A stretch of DNA of 60,701 nt from Candidatus Woesebacteria bacterium GW2011_GWA1_39_21 (GCA_000993685.1 LBWP01000018.1:1-60701); one strand, 5' to 3'; shown: positions 1 to 10,255, numbered from the stretch's first letter. Numbers and translations are program-made. Notes: generated from the letters alone by a model not told the origin.

Positions 1-42
1 CCAACAGATAAACTCATAGACGTATTTTAACAGATCATGAAA

Positions 43-864
43 TTATAGAGGTAACGAAAAAAGGATTGTCATAAACGTTGCGGAAATGCTGTATATAAAA
101 AATGCCTTTAAAGTTTTCTTATAACCGACCGATGCTCCAAATAATGTTATAACTATCAAATTAAGTATCGGGGACACGGTAAGAAAAGCGAAGGTGCCCA
201 TATGTGTCATTCCCAAGTCAGATAGAGCCTTCGCTACCGGATAGTTTCCAACAATTGGTCCAAAATACAATAGGAAACCTAATACAATAGAGATAAGGAA
301 ACTTTGTAGTGGATTACCAGCATAATGTTGGAATTCTCTTTCAGGGATAAACGTACGAAGCAAAGCGCCGAGCACTACACCCACACAGACCAAAAATAGC
401 AACCTACCCTGCCGTTTCCAAAAACCATTTTGAGTCTGTGTTTCGTTTACTTTAAAATGCACAAATTCTTTCCTTAAAAAAATGCCTGTTACTGTAAGCG
501 AAGTGAAAATTGCAATTCCGTTTAAAACAGCGTATTTAAGGCCAAAAAGTCCAGAAATTATAAAAAACGATTGCAAATCCCATGCACGTTCAGCAATAAA
601 AAAACTCAAAAGCACACCAGGGTTAAATCCCATTTGGGTCAACTCATGAGCAATCGGCAAAAAAGACATAATGCTAAGCGGTGAAATCATACCTAATATC
701 TGAACAAGCGCGAGTCTTTTCAAACTCATGCCGCCAAAATATTGGGTTATAGTATTTTTATTAATCTTTTTTTCCAGAAAGAAAGCTACTATCGTTCCAA
801 TAATTAGCCAGGGGAAGATAGAAAGTGCATAATTTACAACTGTAGTTAAAAACTGATTATTCAT
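43..864 (-). CDS. Predicted permease (DUF318/ArsP-like), multi-pass membrane protein
   Basis: 273 aa with about 8 hydrophobic segments in two similar halves; motifs GMISPLSIMSFLP and FAFLTVSPILN resemble the DUF318 permease family. Confidence 0.65.
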   Translation of the reverse strand: MNNQFLTTVVNYALSIFPWLIIGTIVAFFLEKKINKNTITQYFGGMSLKRLALVQILGMISPLSIMSFLPIAHELTQMGFNPGVLLSFFIAERAWDLQSFFIISGLFGLKYAVLNGIAIFTSLTVTGIFLRKEFVHFKVNETQTQNGFWKRQGRLLFLVCVGVVLGALLRTFIPEREFQHYAGNPLQSFLISIVLGFLLYFGPIVGNYPVAKALSDLGMTHMGTFAFLTVSPILNLIVITLFGASVGYKKTLKAFFIYSISATFMTILFSLPL

Positions 865-1070
865 TTTTCTGGCAAACCCTAATTACAACTATAGCAAAAC
901 CGCCGGGGTATTTGAGTGTACTATTCTCCCAAGTACACAAGTACATCTCTCTCACTATAAATTCTTTCTTTTCTGAAATTCGGTAGATGGAAGCTGAAGT
1001 GAAATTCTACGGAGTTTTTCTATTGTTTGCCCTTATTCATTTCAATACTTTAATAAGCTCTCTTGGCGTT

Positions 1071-1427
1071 TTATCTATTCCTCTTCACCAATACTCGCCT
1101 ACAAAGTTCCTCATCTTTATCCGACAGCGCGTATATCGGTTTTCCTAATGCCGCAGCATAACCTAGTTCCAAGGTGGAACTATTACCCATATATCCGCCT
1201 TTGTTATAAATATAAACAATATCGGCCATTTTGATTTTGTAGAAGTGATCATGGGTTAAACCCAAAGCAACAAACTTTTTGTAAGTGTTAGATAAATTTT
1301 CCCATTCTTCCTGACCGGAGTGTAAATACGGCTCATAGACGACAGCCCCCAACTTTTTCAATCCAGCCGCAAATTTTCTAATTTCTGGTTTAAATCTTCT
1401 GCTTCCACACATTACAACACTTCTCAT
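1071..1427 (-). CDS. Nucleoside 2-deoxyribosyltransferase-like protein
   Basis: Rossmann-like start (VVMCGSRRF), KIKMADIVYIYNKGGYMGNSSTLELGYAAALGKPIY matches the NDT-like motif. The C-terminus may be frameshifted. Confidence 0.65.
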   Translation of the reverse strand: MRSVVMCGSRRFKPEIRKFAAGLKKLGAVVYEPYLHSGQEEWENLSNTYKKFVALGLTHDHFYKIKMADIVYIYNKGGYMGNSSTLELGYAAALGKPIYALSDKDEELCRRVLVKRNR

Positions 1428-1604
1428 AATTTCAATGTAAACGAATTTTAGTTCACGACGATATAATAAGCAATTTCATTTTTACCCGATTGCCCGCGGA
1501 CTTAATTGGAATCAAGAGTCCCAAAACCGCAGAAATTTCTTTCGCTGTCAAGGGTTTTTAGTTTGCCCATTGTACCTACTTCTTTTAAACAACATCTATT
1601 AGAA

Positions 1605-2231
1605 CTATAAAGGCAGATTTCGGTAAAATTCCAGAAGATTGCTGCTTGATTTTTCATAATCGGAGGAACCAAAGTAAAAGATCGTCCACCCCAAATTTTT
1701 GGCCGCGTCAATATTTTTCTTACTGTTATCGACAAATAAAATCTCCCCATTTTCTACACCGCTTAGTTTCTGTGCCAACAAATATATTTTGGGGTCTGGT
1801 TTTTGCAAATCCACTTTTGATGAATCGATAACTACATCCCAATCGATAGACGGAAGCAAATTCCTATCTCGAATTAGATCCAACATTCCCACGTACATAT
1901 TAGTTAAAAGGCCAACCTTGGAAGTCCGTTTAATCTCGGTGATCACCGGCCACAACGAGGTACTCGGCTGAAAGTAATCCACGTAGTAAGTAAGAAGCGA
2001 AAAGTCGGGTGGAAATTGGATTTTAAATTTTTCAGATAAAATCGGAATCAAAGAATCAACTTCTCTGGTCAAATTTAAATCTTCGTCTTCGTATTTGTCG
2101 TATAATTTGTCAAACTTCTTATCAAACTCCTGCTCAACACCGATCAATTTTTTAAAGTTGCCCCATTTATCATTTCCGCTAAAATCTTTCACAACAACCC
2201 CGCCAATATCAAAATAAACAAATTTAATCAT
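1605..2231 (-). CDS. HAD-superfamily phosphatase
   Basis: Motif I FDIGGV, motif II LLTN, motif III/IV QKPDPKIY...LFVDNSKKN. Confidence 0.9.
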   Translation of the reverse strand: MIKFVYFDIGGVVVKDFSGNDKWGNFKKLIGVEQEFDKKFDKLYDKYEDEDLNLTREVDSLIPILSEKFKIQFPPDFSLLTYYVDYFQPSTSLWPVITEIKRTSKVGLLTNMYVGMLDLIRDRNLLPSIDWDVVIDSSKVDLQKPDPKIYLLAQKLSGVENGEILFVDNSKKNIDAAKNLGWTIFYFGSSDYEKSSSNLLEFYRNLPL

Positions 2232-2364
2232 ATAAAACTATTTTATCATTCCGGTGCTTATTAAAATTACGGAGGGTGATTGATTTATCTCCATCATTGC
2301 AGGTTGTTTTACGGCTACGATATTCGTCCCAAATGGAAGTTCAATCTTTGCCTACACCTAATCT

Positions 2365-3171
2365 TCAAAAATATCTTTCTTTATACTCTTCAACAAATTT
2401 TCCCAATTCCCTTCTTTTATTCCAATCAGTAAGACCACTTGTTTGTAAATTAGAAATAAAGTTACCAATTACATTTATCTTTGAGAGAAGCCCCACAGAT
2501 TCATGAAAAGTTTCTCCGTTATTGTATGCTTGATAATATTCCCGCTGAAATTGATTGAAGACCCCAAAGTTATCACACATCGCAATCTTATCATTAAGCC
2601 AGCTATTAAAGATATATGTCGGATTCTTTCTACGAGGATCGTCTTTTCTCAAAATAGGAATTTCCGGTAAGTTCAAACGTTTTTCTAAACTTTTCTTTTG
2701 TTTTCTTAATTCTTGCTGAAGATATTTATCTTCCTCAATCTGAGGTGAATTTTTTGGAAGTGGATATGGTTGGTTAACTTGTCTTTGTATTTTTTCCAAT
2801 CTTACATCCGAACTAATAATTTCATCATGTGCATATACCCGACCTTTTGGTTTTACTGGAGGGTCTTTCCATAACCGAGGTTGACGTGCCGGCTCGTCCC
2901 CACCCCCTTCGGATACATGATGGCGACTGGCCTTTTTAAGTTCCTCTTTCGTAAAAAGTGACATTTTTCTTTCAGGTGAAAGCTGCGATCTTCTGGCATT
3001 GACCTTGGCTGCAAATTTAGGATCCTCCGCCATAACCCCAAGCCAATAATCTAGTACACGGGTATTATTTACACTCATCTCTTCCCTCTTTGTCCTGCAA
3101 TTTAAGTAGTTAGCCACCTCTTCGACGGCGTTAAAGACTGATCCATCCTGCTTATTTTCTGACTTAGCCAT
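2365..3171 (-). CDS. Hypothetical protein
   Basis: 268 aa open frame, charged, co-oriented with neighbours; no recognisable motif. Confidence 0.6.
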   Translation of the reverse strand: MAKSENKQDGSVFNAVEEVANYLNCRTKREEMSVNNTRVLDYWLGVMAEDPKFAAKVNARRSQLSPERKMSLFTKEELKKASRHHVSEGGGDEPARQPRLWKDPPVKPKGRVYAHDEIISSDVRLEKIQRQVNQPYPLPKNSPQIEEDKYLQQELRKQKKSLEKRLNLPEIPILRKDDPRRKNPTYIFNSWLNDKIAMCDNFGVFNQFQREYYQAYNNGETFHESVGLLSKINVIGNFISNLQTSGLTDWNKRRELGKFVEEYKERYF

Positions 3172-3247
3172 ATTGGAAAGTTACAAAATTCAAAATTATA
3201 GATCCGATTGTAGAACAATGTTGAATATTTTGCACTACAACAGCATA

Positions 3248-4999
3248 TCAAGGTAATTGATCACTGATAACATAGTTATCACAAAAATCTTTAATCGATA
3301 AACTCTCAACCCGGAGCAAATTAAACTCCTTAATCAGGGGGTATCTGCGGTGTCCAAAGCCTGCACACAAAGGGTCGCGACTAAGCTGGTATTTAACACC
3401 CGCATCATTTATGTTTGCAACAATCGCAGAAGGATCGGCCAATCTACACTTCATCGTGGCATCAACAAGATATAAACTGTCTTTAGAAAACTCCTTTGGA
3501 CATTCCGACTGAAATAAGACATTTCCAAATGAATAATCTTGCGACGCAAGCCGCAAGTTAATCTTTTTGATATCGAACGAGTTTTTATAGTAATCACCAA
3601 AGAAAATAAAACGATAAAATGTAAATTTTGGCGAAGGCGTCACCCAGACGACTTTTACACTCGGCTCCACCCTTTCTAATGCCCGAATATAGTTTGTGGC
3701 AATTTTATCCTGGAAAAAGAAGGTATCGTTTTCCTCAATCGGCAAGCGGTAATAATATTGAAAAATAAATCGCGTAAAGAAAAATAGATAAATAAAAGCG
3801 GTTGCCAAAACTGCCAACACCCGGAACTTTTTGTTTTTAATAATTTCAAGTAACGAAACAATTCCATACGCCGAAAACAAGATCAACATCGGAATCAAAA
3901 GCACAGGCCGCATAGAATAAGTTGAGTTTGCAATATCAAAAAAATTGGGTAAAAAACTGGCAGCTACGAGTAACAACAAAAATGTAAGTTTTTTCAAATC
4001 TCTTCGTGCAAGAAAGATAAATCCCACAAAAACAAAAAATAAATCAATTAAATACATCGGGCCTTGTTGCGGAATTTGTAAGTGACCGCTACTTTCGGGA
4101 ACACCGTCAACAAATAAAAATGACAAAGAGGCACCACCCAATGTGGCTTTAATCCGATAGATCAAATTCTCAACTGCTTTATTTTCAATAAATTGTGCAA
4201 GTGGAAAATCAACGCTGTGTGTTCTTGCATAATTTACCTGATTGGAAAAATTCTCGGGGGAAAACTCTGCAATTCGCGCACCGGCCGGAGATTTAGAAAG
4301 CGCCAAAAAATATAAAAACAAAAAGACGGCAGTCAGAATGTTTAGAGAAATAACCGGCTTTACATTTTCTTTGTTTTTAGTAATCAGAGCAAAAACCAAA
4401 AATGAAAACGTGATTGGTAAAAGCAACGTTTTTGCAGAAAAATAACTAAAAAAACCAAAAAGTAAAAATGGCAGAGAATAGAAAATTTTCCAACCGCGGT
4501 TTTTAAGAAAAAGATAGATCGAAATTAAATAAAAAAAAGCGGCGATGATCGCTTCGTAACCTGAACGCGAAAATTGGACCATCCAAGGATTAACGACAGC
4601 CAAAACTAAAACAATTTTGGAAATCTTCTTACCAAAAAGCTCGTCGGCAATCAGGTATAGAAAAACGACTACCCCAACGCCCGCAACAACAAACGGTAAA
4701 CGTGCGGTTGTTTGTGAGAATCCGCTTATCAAATAAATCAGTGCCAAAAAATATGAACTAAATTCACTGTGAATACCACCACCTGTTTCACCAGAGTGCA
4801 GCCCAAAAACTCCAGTTACAACCCCTGGGATGTTTTTACCTGTATTGATTAAGGACTGAGCGTTGAGAATAACATTTGCCTCGTCATTTGCAAGAGCGGG
4901 AGGAAGAACGTTCAAAAAGATAAGACGCAAAAAAATTGCAAGTGTAAAAAAAATCAAGAAAAACAACCTCTCATCAACATTTATTATCCGTTTCATCAA
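3248..4999 (-). CDS. ArnT/PMT-like (GT-C fold) membrane glycosyltransferase
   Basis: N-terminal LANDEA acidic motif, ARLPFVVAG, NPWMVQFSRSGYE, many TM helices and a soluble C-terminal tail. Confidence 0.8.
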   Translation of the reverse strand: MMKRIINVDERLFFLIFFTLAIFLRLIFLNVLPPALANDEANVILNAQSLINTGKNIPGVVTGVFGLHSGETGGGIHSEFSSYFLALIYLISGFSQTTARLPFVVAGVGVVVFLYLIADELFGKKISKIVLVLAVVNPWMVQFSRSGYEAIIAAFFYLISIYLFLKNRGWKIFYSLPFLLFGFFSYFSAKTLLLPITFSFLVFALITKNKENVKPVISLNILTAVFLFLYFLALSKSPAGARIAEFSPENFSNQVNYARTHSVDFPLAQFIENKAVENLIYRIKATLGGASLSFLFVDGVPESSGHLQIPQQGPMYLIDLFFVFVGFIFLARRDLKKLTFLLLLVAASFLPNFFDIANSTYSMRPVLLIPMLILFSAYGIVSLLEIIKNKKFRVLAVLATAFIYLFFFTRFIFQYYYRLPIEENDTFFFQDKIATNYIRALERVEPSVKVVWVTPSPKFTFYRFIFFGDYYKNSFDIKKINLRLASQDYSFGNVLFQSECPKEFSKDSLYLVDATMKCRLADPSAIVANINDAGVKYQLSRDPLCAGFGHRRYPLIKEFNLLRVESLSIKDFCDNYVISDQLP

Positions 5000-5188
5000 A
5001 GTATCTGGCTTAATTATATAATCAGGCTACGAAAAAGGGAGAAGCATCTTACCGTGATAATTAAAAACAGTCTCCTTTTATGATAAGCGATTAGTGAATT
5101 ATTGAGGACAAAAAAGACAGCAGAAAGCACGAACATCTTGAAACATCCGAGCCTTCTACCATCTTTGACATGCGTAACCTAAAACGTT

Positions 5189-5647
5189 TTATCTTGAAAC
5201 AGAGACCGTTGTTCCTTCGGCACTGCAGGAGTCAATTGTGACAATACCGTTATCAACTGTAACCGCGTATCCTGTGGTTGCAGCCGCGCCGTCCGACGGA
5301 TCCAAAGGTACTGATTTAATGTAATTCGCAAGTTCTGTCGACAAATCTAGACAGTCTGCTTGAGCACCAGTACACAAAGTCGCTCCTGTTCCCGTACAAG
5401 TTCCCAACTGATAAGTATTCCCGTTATCAGTCAAGCCACAAGTTGCAAGATCGTTATCGACAATACACTCATGCATCGCTGTAAGAACTTGGTTAACATC
5501 ATTCCATCTTCTTGCGTTTCTCGTGTCAATTAATCTTTGTGCCGGGTTAAGAGCTGCAAAAACTACTACCAAAAGAATCGAAAGAATAGCAACTACAAGT
5601 AAAATTTCGATTAATGTGAAGCCGTGTTTAATTTTAGGCAGATTCAT
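5189..5647 (-). CDS. Type IV pilin, probable major pilin
   Basis: Class III signal peptide KHG|FTLIEILLVVAIL; NP..RL..RN.RR.DV..I helix; several Cys; strong upstream RBS (GGAGGAGGTG). Confidence 0.9.
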   Translation of the reverse strand: MNLPKIKHGFTLIEILLVVAILSILLVVVFAALNPAQRLIDTRNARRWNDVNQVLTAMHECIVDNDLATCGLTDNGNTYQLGTCTGTGATLCTGAQADCLDLSTELANYIKSVPLDPSDGAAATTGYAVTVDNGIVTIDSCSAEGTTVSVSR

Positions 5648-5764
5648 TTACATTTCACCTCCTCCCCCAATGAGATATCACTTTATGTATCTCATGGGAC
5701 CTCGCAGTGAAACAAGTACTTTAAATACGATATCTCACCGCAACTATCCATTACTCATATATTC

Positions 5765-5795
5765 AGTATACACATAAAATGTCTAGGATTGTCAA
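5765..5795 (-). promoter_or_regulatory. Possible sigma70-type promoter for the pilin gene
   Basis: Minus strand TTGACA-19 nt-TATACT about 120 nt upstream of the pilin start; spacer is longer than consensus. Confidence 0.35.
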
Positions 5796-6976
5796 CGGGC
5801 ATCGGAAGCTGACTGCTCACTCCTTGCTCCAACAATAATCTCAACATCGTAGTCAGAACCAGAAAGCGTTGAGCTTGGTGAAGAGACGTTGTAATCGTCA
5901 CTTAAAGCACCAACAATTTGCTCTATCAGCAAACCGGGGAAATCGGTTTTTGTTATAACCTGAGTGTCCCCGTAATTGTACGAATCAGCGTTTCCTGTAT
6001 CAAACTGCGTAAACCCCTCACTTTCCAAAATGGCGACCACATTTTGCGCCTCACCGGCAACTCCGCTTCCATTTTTGATATTAATTTTATACGTTGTTAA
6101 ATCCAATACTTCCGGAGTTGACTGCTGGGTTATCGTTGGTTCTATAGTTTCTGTTGGACTAACCTCTGAAGTTGCATCCGTTTTTTCGGACTTGGGCGCG
6201 AAGAAATTCCTGTAAACCATATATCCAAAAATTGACAAAAAGGAAGCGATCAACAAAATCAAAAACGCTGTCAAAATAACTTTTTTCACACTCGGTGCTT
6301 CATTATCTTCAACTTCAGCCATCTCTTTTGATCCTTGTGAATATGCCTCACCACTCGTGGCCGGCTCCACAGGCGCCTTAGTGTTTATAACATCCTTAAA
6401 ATCTTCCTCTTTTTTGCTTTCACTCAAATTTATGTTTAAGACATCTTTATCTTTTCCCTTCATGTCATCCTTCAGGGCTATTCCTATTATCGGGTTTGCG
6501 TTTCTTGTTTGCGCTATCTCTACAGGTTCAATTGCCTCAATGTCGAGGTTTAAATTGATTTTCGATTTTCTTAACAACTCCGTGACATATTTAACCGGAG
6601 AGAACACAATTATCTCTCTCTCCTTTCCATCAATGGGTTTACTTTTACCAGTCAGGTTAAACTGTATTTCCCTGAAATCCCAATCTTCATCACGCAATAC
6701 TTCCGGAATCTTTTCCCGTATTTTTTCGGCTATCAATCTTCTCTCATCCGTTTCATTTAGGCCGGGGGGAATACTCAAACGCAGCGTGTACGAAAGCGAA
6801 TTATCCAAAAGAACACGCATTTTTTGCGATTGTAGCTTTTCAACAATTTTACTCAGGCAGATATCAAAAGTGTTTGTATCCCAACCGAGTTCAATTCTGT
6901 CATAAAGCGCTTGTTTCCCTCCATCCACTTTCACCCCGGTCAACTTGTCTTTAGATATATAAATAACCGTCATCAT
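5792..6976 (-). CDS. Membrane protein with C-terminal LytR_C-like domain and a possible PilM/GspL-like N-terminal region
   Basis: C-terminal INIKNGSGVAGEAQ...GNADSYNY...DVEIIVG is LytR_C-like; one TM helix; the N-terminal assignment rests on weak resemblance and locus context. Confidence 0.6.
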   Translation of the reverse strand: MMTVIYISKDKLTGVKVDGGKQALYDRIELGWDTNTFDICLSKIVEKLQSQKMRVLLDNSLSYTLRLSIPPGLNETDERRLIAEKIREKIPEVLRDEDWDFREIQFNLTGKSKPIDGKEREIIVFSPVKYVTELLRKSKINLNLDIEAIEPVEIAQTRNANPIIGIALKDDMKGKDKDVLNINLSESKKEEDFKDVINTKAPVEPATSGEAYSQGSKEMAEVEDNEAPSVKKVILTAFLILLIASFLSIFGYMVYRNFFAPKSEKTDATSEVSPTETIEPTITQQSTPEVLDLTTYKINIKNGSGVAGEAQNVVAILESEGFTQFDTGNADSYNYGDTQVITKTDFPGLLIEQIVGALSDDYNVSSPSSTLSGSDYDVEIIVGARSEQSASDAR

Positions 6977-6989
6977 AGATCAAATCATT

Positions 6990-7385
6990 TCAAACATCAT
7001 TCCAATTATTGACTACAATCGTCACATCCCTCGTTACATTGATGCGAACTGCCTTGTAATAACCTTCAACATCCGCACTGACCGTAAAGTCCCAAACGTT
7101 TCCAATGTGTGAATTAAGCGTAACACTGCAGGTATTATCTAGTAAAGACACCACCCCTGCAGAAATGTTGTTGTTCTTACTCAGTTTCATCAAAACATCT
7201 TCCACGCAAGCCTCAACAACGTCTGTGCTACTATTGGCCATCTTGCCAGAAATGGCCGACTGGAGATCGTTGACCGACAACAATGCTGTTGATACACCAA
7301 TTAACAAAACGAGCGCCAAAACAATAAGCACTGTCGAAAGGGCAATATAACCATTTTCTTTTTGCTTATCGGTCTTTCCCAACAT
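6990..7385 (-). CDS. Minor pilin, PilX/GspK-like
   Basis: ENG|YIALSTVLIVLALVLLIG prepilin-like leader lacking Glu5, as in the PilX/GspK class. Confidence 0.7.
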   Translation of the reverse strand: MLGKTDKQKENGYIALSTVLIVLALVLLIGVSTALLSVNDLQSAISGKMANSSTDVVEACVEDVLMKLSKNNNISAGVVSLLDNTCSVTLNSHIGNVWDFTVSADVEGYYKAVRINVTRDVTIVVNNWNDV

Positions 7386-7391
7386 AATTTT

Positions 7392-7970
7392 CTAATCCGG
7401 CCTCAATTCTACAGCCGACTCAAAAGTTTCAGATTTGTTAAGCTCCTCCCTATCCCCAAAGCTTGAAACAGTAAGCGTAAATTTAATATTTTTGGAACCA
7501 TCTTTCGTAAGATTGGAAAAACTCAACTCTGATAGACTGACTTTGTTACTTGTCAAATAACAGGGGTTTGAAGTCGGACAGGTTCCCGAGCTTCCGTAAC
7601 CGATCCTCAATCTTCCATTTGCAACATCGATAATTGTCGGATTTCTATTTACGTCAGACATTGTAAGCGATAATGTCTCCGAAGAACCGCTTGTTGGGCT
7701 GTTTACCGATTTCGCATTTCTTATTTCATAAATAATCCTCGCCGAAGCAAACCTGATATTTTGGTTTACCTCTTGTTGGATATATGATTTCAACCTCCCG
7801 TAAATCAAATCCCATGTAAAATAAACCAAACCGGTTAGAAAAATACTCACAATTGCGATGTATAAAATCATTTCGATAAGAGTAAAACCTCTCTTCAATT
7901 TTGATTTTTGCCACTGGCTCGGAAGAACCTTTGGCTCGGAGAGATTTTTGATTTTTGATTTTTTTTTCAT
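7392..7970 (-). CDS. Minor pilin, PilW/GspJ-like
   Basis: KRG|FTLIEMILYIAIV signal, then RFASARIIYEIRNA. Confidence 0.8.
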   Translation of the reverse strand: MKKKSKIKNLSEPKVLPSQWQKSKLKRGFTLIEMILYIAIVSIFLTGLVYFTWDLIYGRLKSYIQQEVNQNIRFASARIIYEIRNAKSVNSPTSGSSETLSLTMSDVNRNPTIIDVANGRLRIGYGSSGTCPTSNPCYLTSNKVSLSELSFSNLTKDGSKNIKFTLTVSSFGDREELNKSETFESAVELRPD

Positions 7971-9766
7971 GGATTTCTCCAGTATGCAAAAGCAAAACCT
8001 TGCTGCGGGATTATCGCAGTTGTACCTAGAGCTGCACTCCCGTCGGAATTATTCCAAGTGAAATTACCAGACGTGTCCATCAAAATCCGTTTTGCAAAGA
8101 GCAAGCGGGAAGCGTTCGTAAAAACTACCATCGCCTCATTTTTAGCCACCGGATTGAAGTCGCTATCATAGCGCTCGCGGATATCACCGACATTTGGTAC
8201 TACATCAAAATCTGCCTGCATAACCGGAACTGAACCGGGAGTGGCCGCAAACCAACTTAGGTTTTGACCTGTCGCGTCATCATAACTTAATACCCAACGT
8301 GTGGTCAAACCATTGATAAGCCAAGCCGTTGAAACCAACTTTGACCCAGGAAACGGGCTTTCAGCACTCGCATCTAAGTTACGGTATCCAGTCCAGGCAG
8401 AGCCGGACCAATATCCTGCAGTTAAATCATTTCCGGCATCTCCAATCGCGGCATAAGCGATTTGGTTAGTATTGGGATTTGCCGAGACGTCAATATTGTG
8501 AACATCATCATTCACTGTCGGGATGGGGGAAGCAGTGCTCCAGCTACAAGTATAAACTCCACCCGTACATCGAGAATATCTGGCACCGTTTACTCCGTTT
8601 GCTCCACTTGCGTTTCCCCAAACAACCATGGCGTTTCCACTGACCGATTCATAAACTACACCAAAATTGTCAACATCTTGTGATGTATTGACTCTCTCAA
8701 GATCTGTCTCAAGCGCTTTATATGTTCCCGTCCCGGTGGCCCAAGTTGAACCCGACCAATTGTTTACCCCTAAATCTGAACTGTCGTCTGCCCATATCGC
8801 CGTGATATTATTCGAGGCGGTTCTCGGGTCACGAGCAAGGCTCACCCATTGAACAGTCCCCGTTGTTGCCGAAGGATTCGTTGCAAAATTAACAGCAGAT
8901 GTCCAATTTACGAGTCCGCAACCACTCGAGCCAGCCTTTGTCCGATATACAAGCGCGTTGGCAGAAGTTGTATTTTGCGAATAAACAACCACTACATCGC
9001 CGGAACTTGTTTCATAGGCAATATCAAACCTCTTAGTCGTTCCTCCCCCGCCAACGGAAACACTCCACTCATTTGTCCAGGAAAGACCGTTAAAACACAT
9101 GACTTGTAACACCCCAGACGAAGAAACATAACCTGCTATTGCCTCAATTTTCCGCGGTGAAGTTCGTACGGAAAAATATTGTCCAGAGCTACCCGAAACA
9201 GTATTTAATTGCGCTCCAAAACTGTTAGAGTAAGAATTAAACAGGCGATATTTTGGCGTATTCGAAGCGTCGCCATATATTACCAACGCATCCTCAACTA
9301 TTGGTTTTCTGAAATTCGTCAAATAAGTTATATGTGTAATCGAATTGTTTCGCGCCGTCGAAAAATTCCAGTTCACAGTTGATGTAACCTTCATTGTATT
9401 TGCGTCAAGGGTTCCCCCACTTTCAACAATGTTTCCGTTTCCGTCACGATTTACAGCCGAAACAAGAATTATCCGCGTGTATTTGTCTTTAGTGTCATTG
9501 GTTCCGTTAAATTCCCAATAACCGTTTGAATACCATAGTCCCTTTGTCTCTGCGTCTGCAACTAAATTTGACCAGTACTGGTCTTTTATCGACCTCACGC
9601 CTTCAATTCCTTCCTGCGCATAAAGACCGGCATTTGTTTGCTCTTCGCCAAGTTTGTTAACCGAAAAACTGTGTAGCACCAAAGTCATCCCAGAAACTGC
9701 CAGAATAACAAAAATGGCAATTGCTAAAATAACTTCGACAAGGCTGAATGACCTGTTTCTTTTCAT
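7967..9766 (-). CDS. Large pilin-like protein (PilV/GspI-like N-terminus plus ~450 aa extracellular beta-rich domain)
   Basis: NRS|FSLVEVILAIAIF leader, YAQEGIEGVRSI helix, then a W/G/S/T-rich region with repeated WSGSxW-type turns. Confidence 0.75.
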   Translation of the reverse strand: MKRNRSFSLVEVILAIAIFVILAVSGMTLVLHSFSVNKLGEEQTNAGLYAQEGIEGVRSIKDQYWSNLVADAETKGLWYSNGYWEFNGTNDTKDKYTRIILVSAVNRDGNGNIVESGGTLDANTMKVTSTVNWNFSTARNNSITHITYLTNFRKPIVEDALVIYGDASNTPKYRLFNSYSNSFGAQLNTVSGSSGQYFSVRTSPRKIEAIAGYVSSSGVLQVMCFNGLSWTNEWSVSVGGGGTTKRFDIAYETSSGDVVVVYSQNTTSANALVYRTKAGSSGCGLVNWTSAVNFATNPSATTGTVQWVSLARDPRTASNNITAIWADDSSDLGVNNWSGSTWATGTGTYKALETDLERVNTSQDVDNFGVVYESVSGNAMVVWGNASGANGVNGARYSRCTGGVYTCSWSTASPIPTVNDDVHNIDVSANPNTNQIAYAAIGDAGNDLTAGYWSGSAWTGYRNLDASAESPFPGSKLVSTAWLINGLTTRWVLSYDDATGQNLSWFAATPGSVPVMQADFDVVPNVGDIRERYDSDFNPVAKNEAMVVFTNASRLLFAKRILMDTSGNFTWNNSDGSAALGTTAIIPQQGFAFAYWRNP

Positions 9767-9793
9767 TTTTAGAATACTTTTTGGGAAGCAAAA

Positions 9794-10255
9794 TTAATTT
9801 ATCGTCATTCCACCGGCATTGTTGATCGACACCGTTTTTACTCCAACATCGTTGGAAATTGTAATCGTCAAAGCTTGTGACGGCTCTCCCCTCTTCCCAG
9901 GAATACCCGAAAAGCTTATATCGGAGAGTCCTGACACAGTGACTTTCGAAACATCAAAATCTTCGTGATGCGTCGGAGTTGAACACGAGCCGCTGTATAG
10001 ACGAATGTTATTTCCCATTTTACAAAAACCCCATGTTGCACTGCCTTTACTGGCCATTGCATAAGCCTGACTCTTACGAACAGTGGAAACAACTTTATTA
10101 GCTGCGACTTCCAAATTATTCGCTGTCAAAAATCTTGAGATAAATGGTGCCGATGAGGCTGCAATGATCGTGATAATCGCAACAACCAGAAGTAGCTCAA
10201 TTAGTGAAAATCCATTTTTGGTTTTTCGTATGTTGTTCATAACACATAGACTCAC
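9794..10255 (-). CDS. Minor pilin, FimT/GspH-like
   Basis: KNG|FSLIELLLVVAII leader; VRKSQAYAM; C-terminal SINNAGG. Confidence 0.8.
   Translation of the reverse strand: MSLCVMNNIRKTKNGFSLIELLLVVAIITIIAASSAPFISRFLTANNLEVAANKVVSTVRKSQAYAMASKGSATWGFCKMGNNIRLYSGSCSTPTHHEDFDVSKVTVSGLSDISFSGIPGKRGEPSQALTITISNDVGVKTVSINNAGGMTIN

Noticed and set aside
1456-1570. Possible frameshifted HicA-like toxin remnant (MGKLKT/LTAKEISAVL)
   Set aside because: The resemblance covers only about 16 residues; no GSH motif and no hicB partner.
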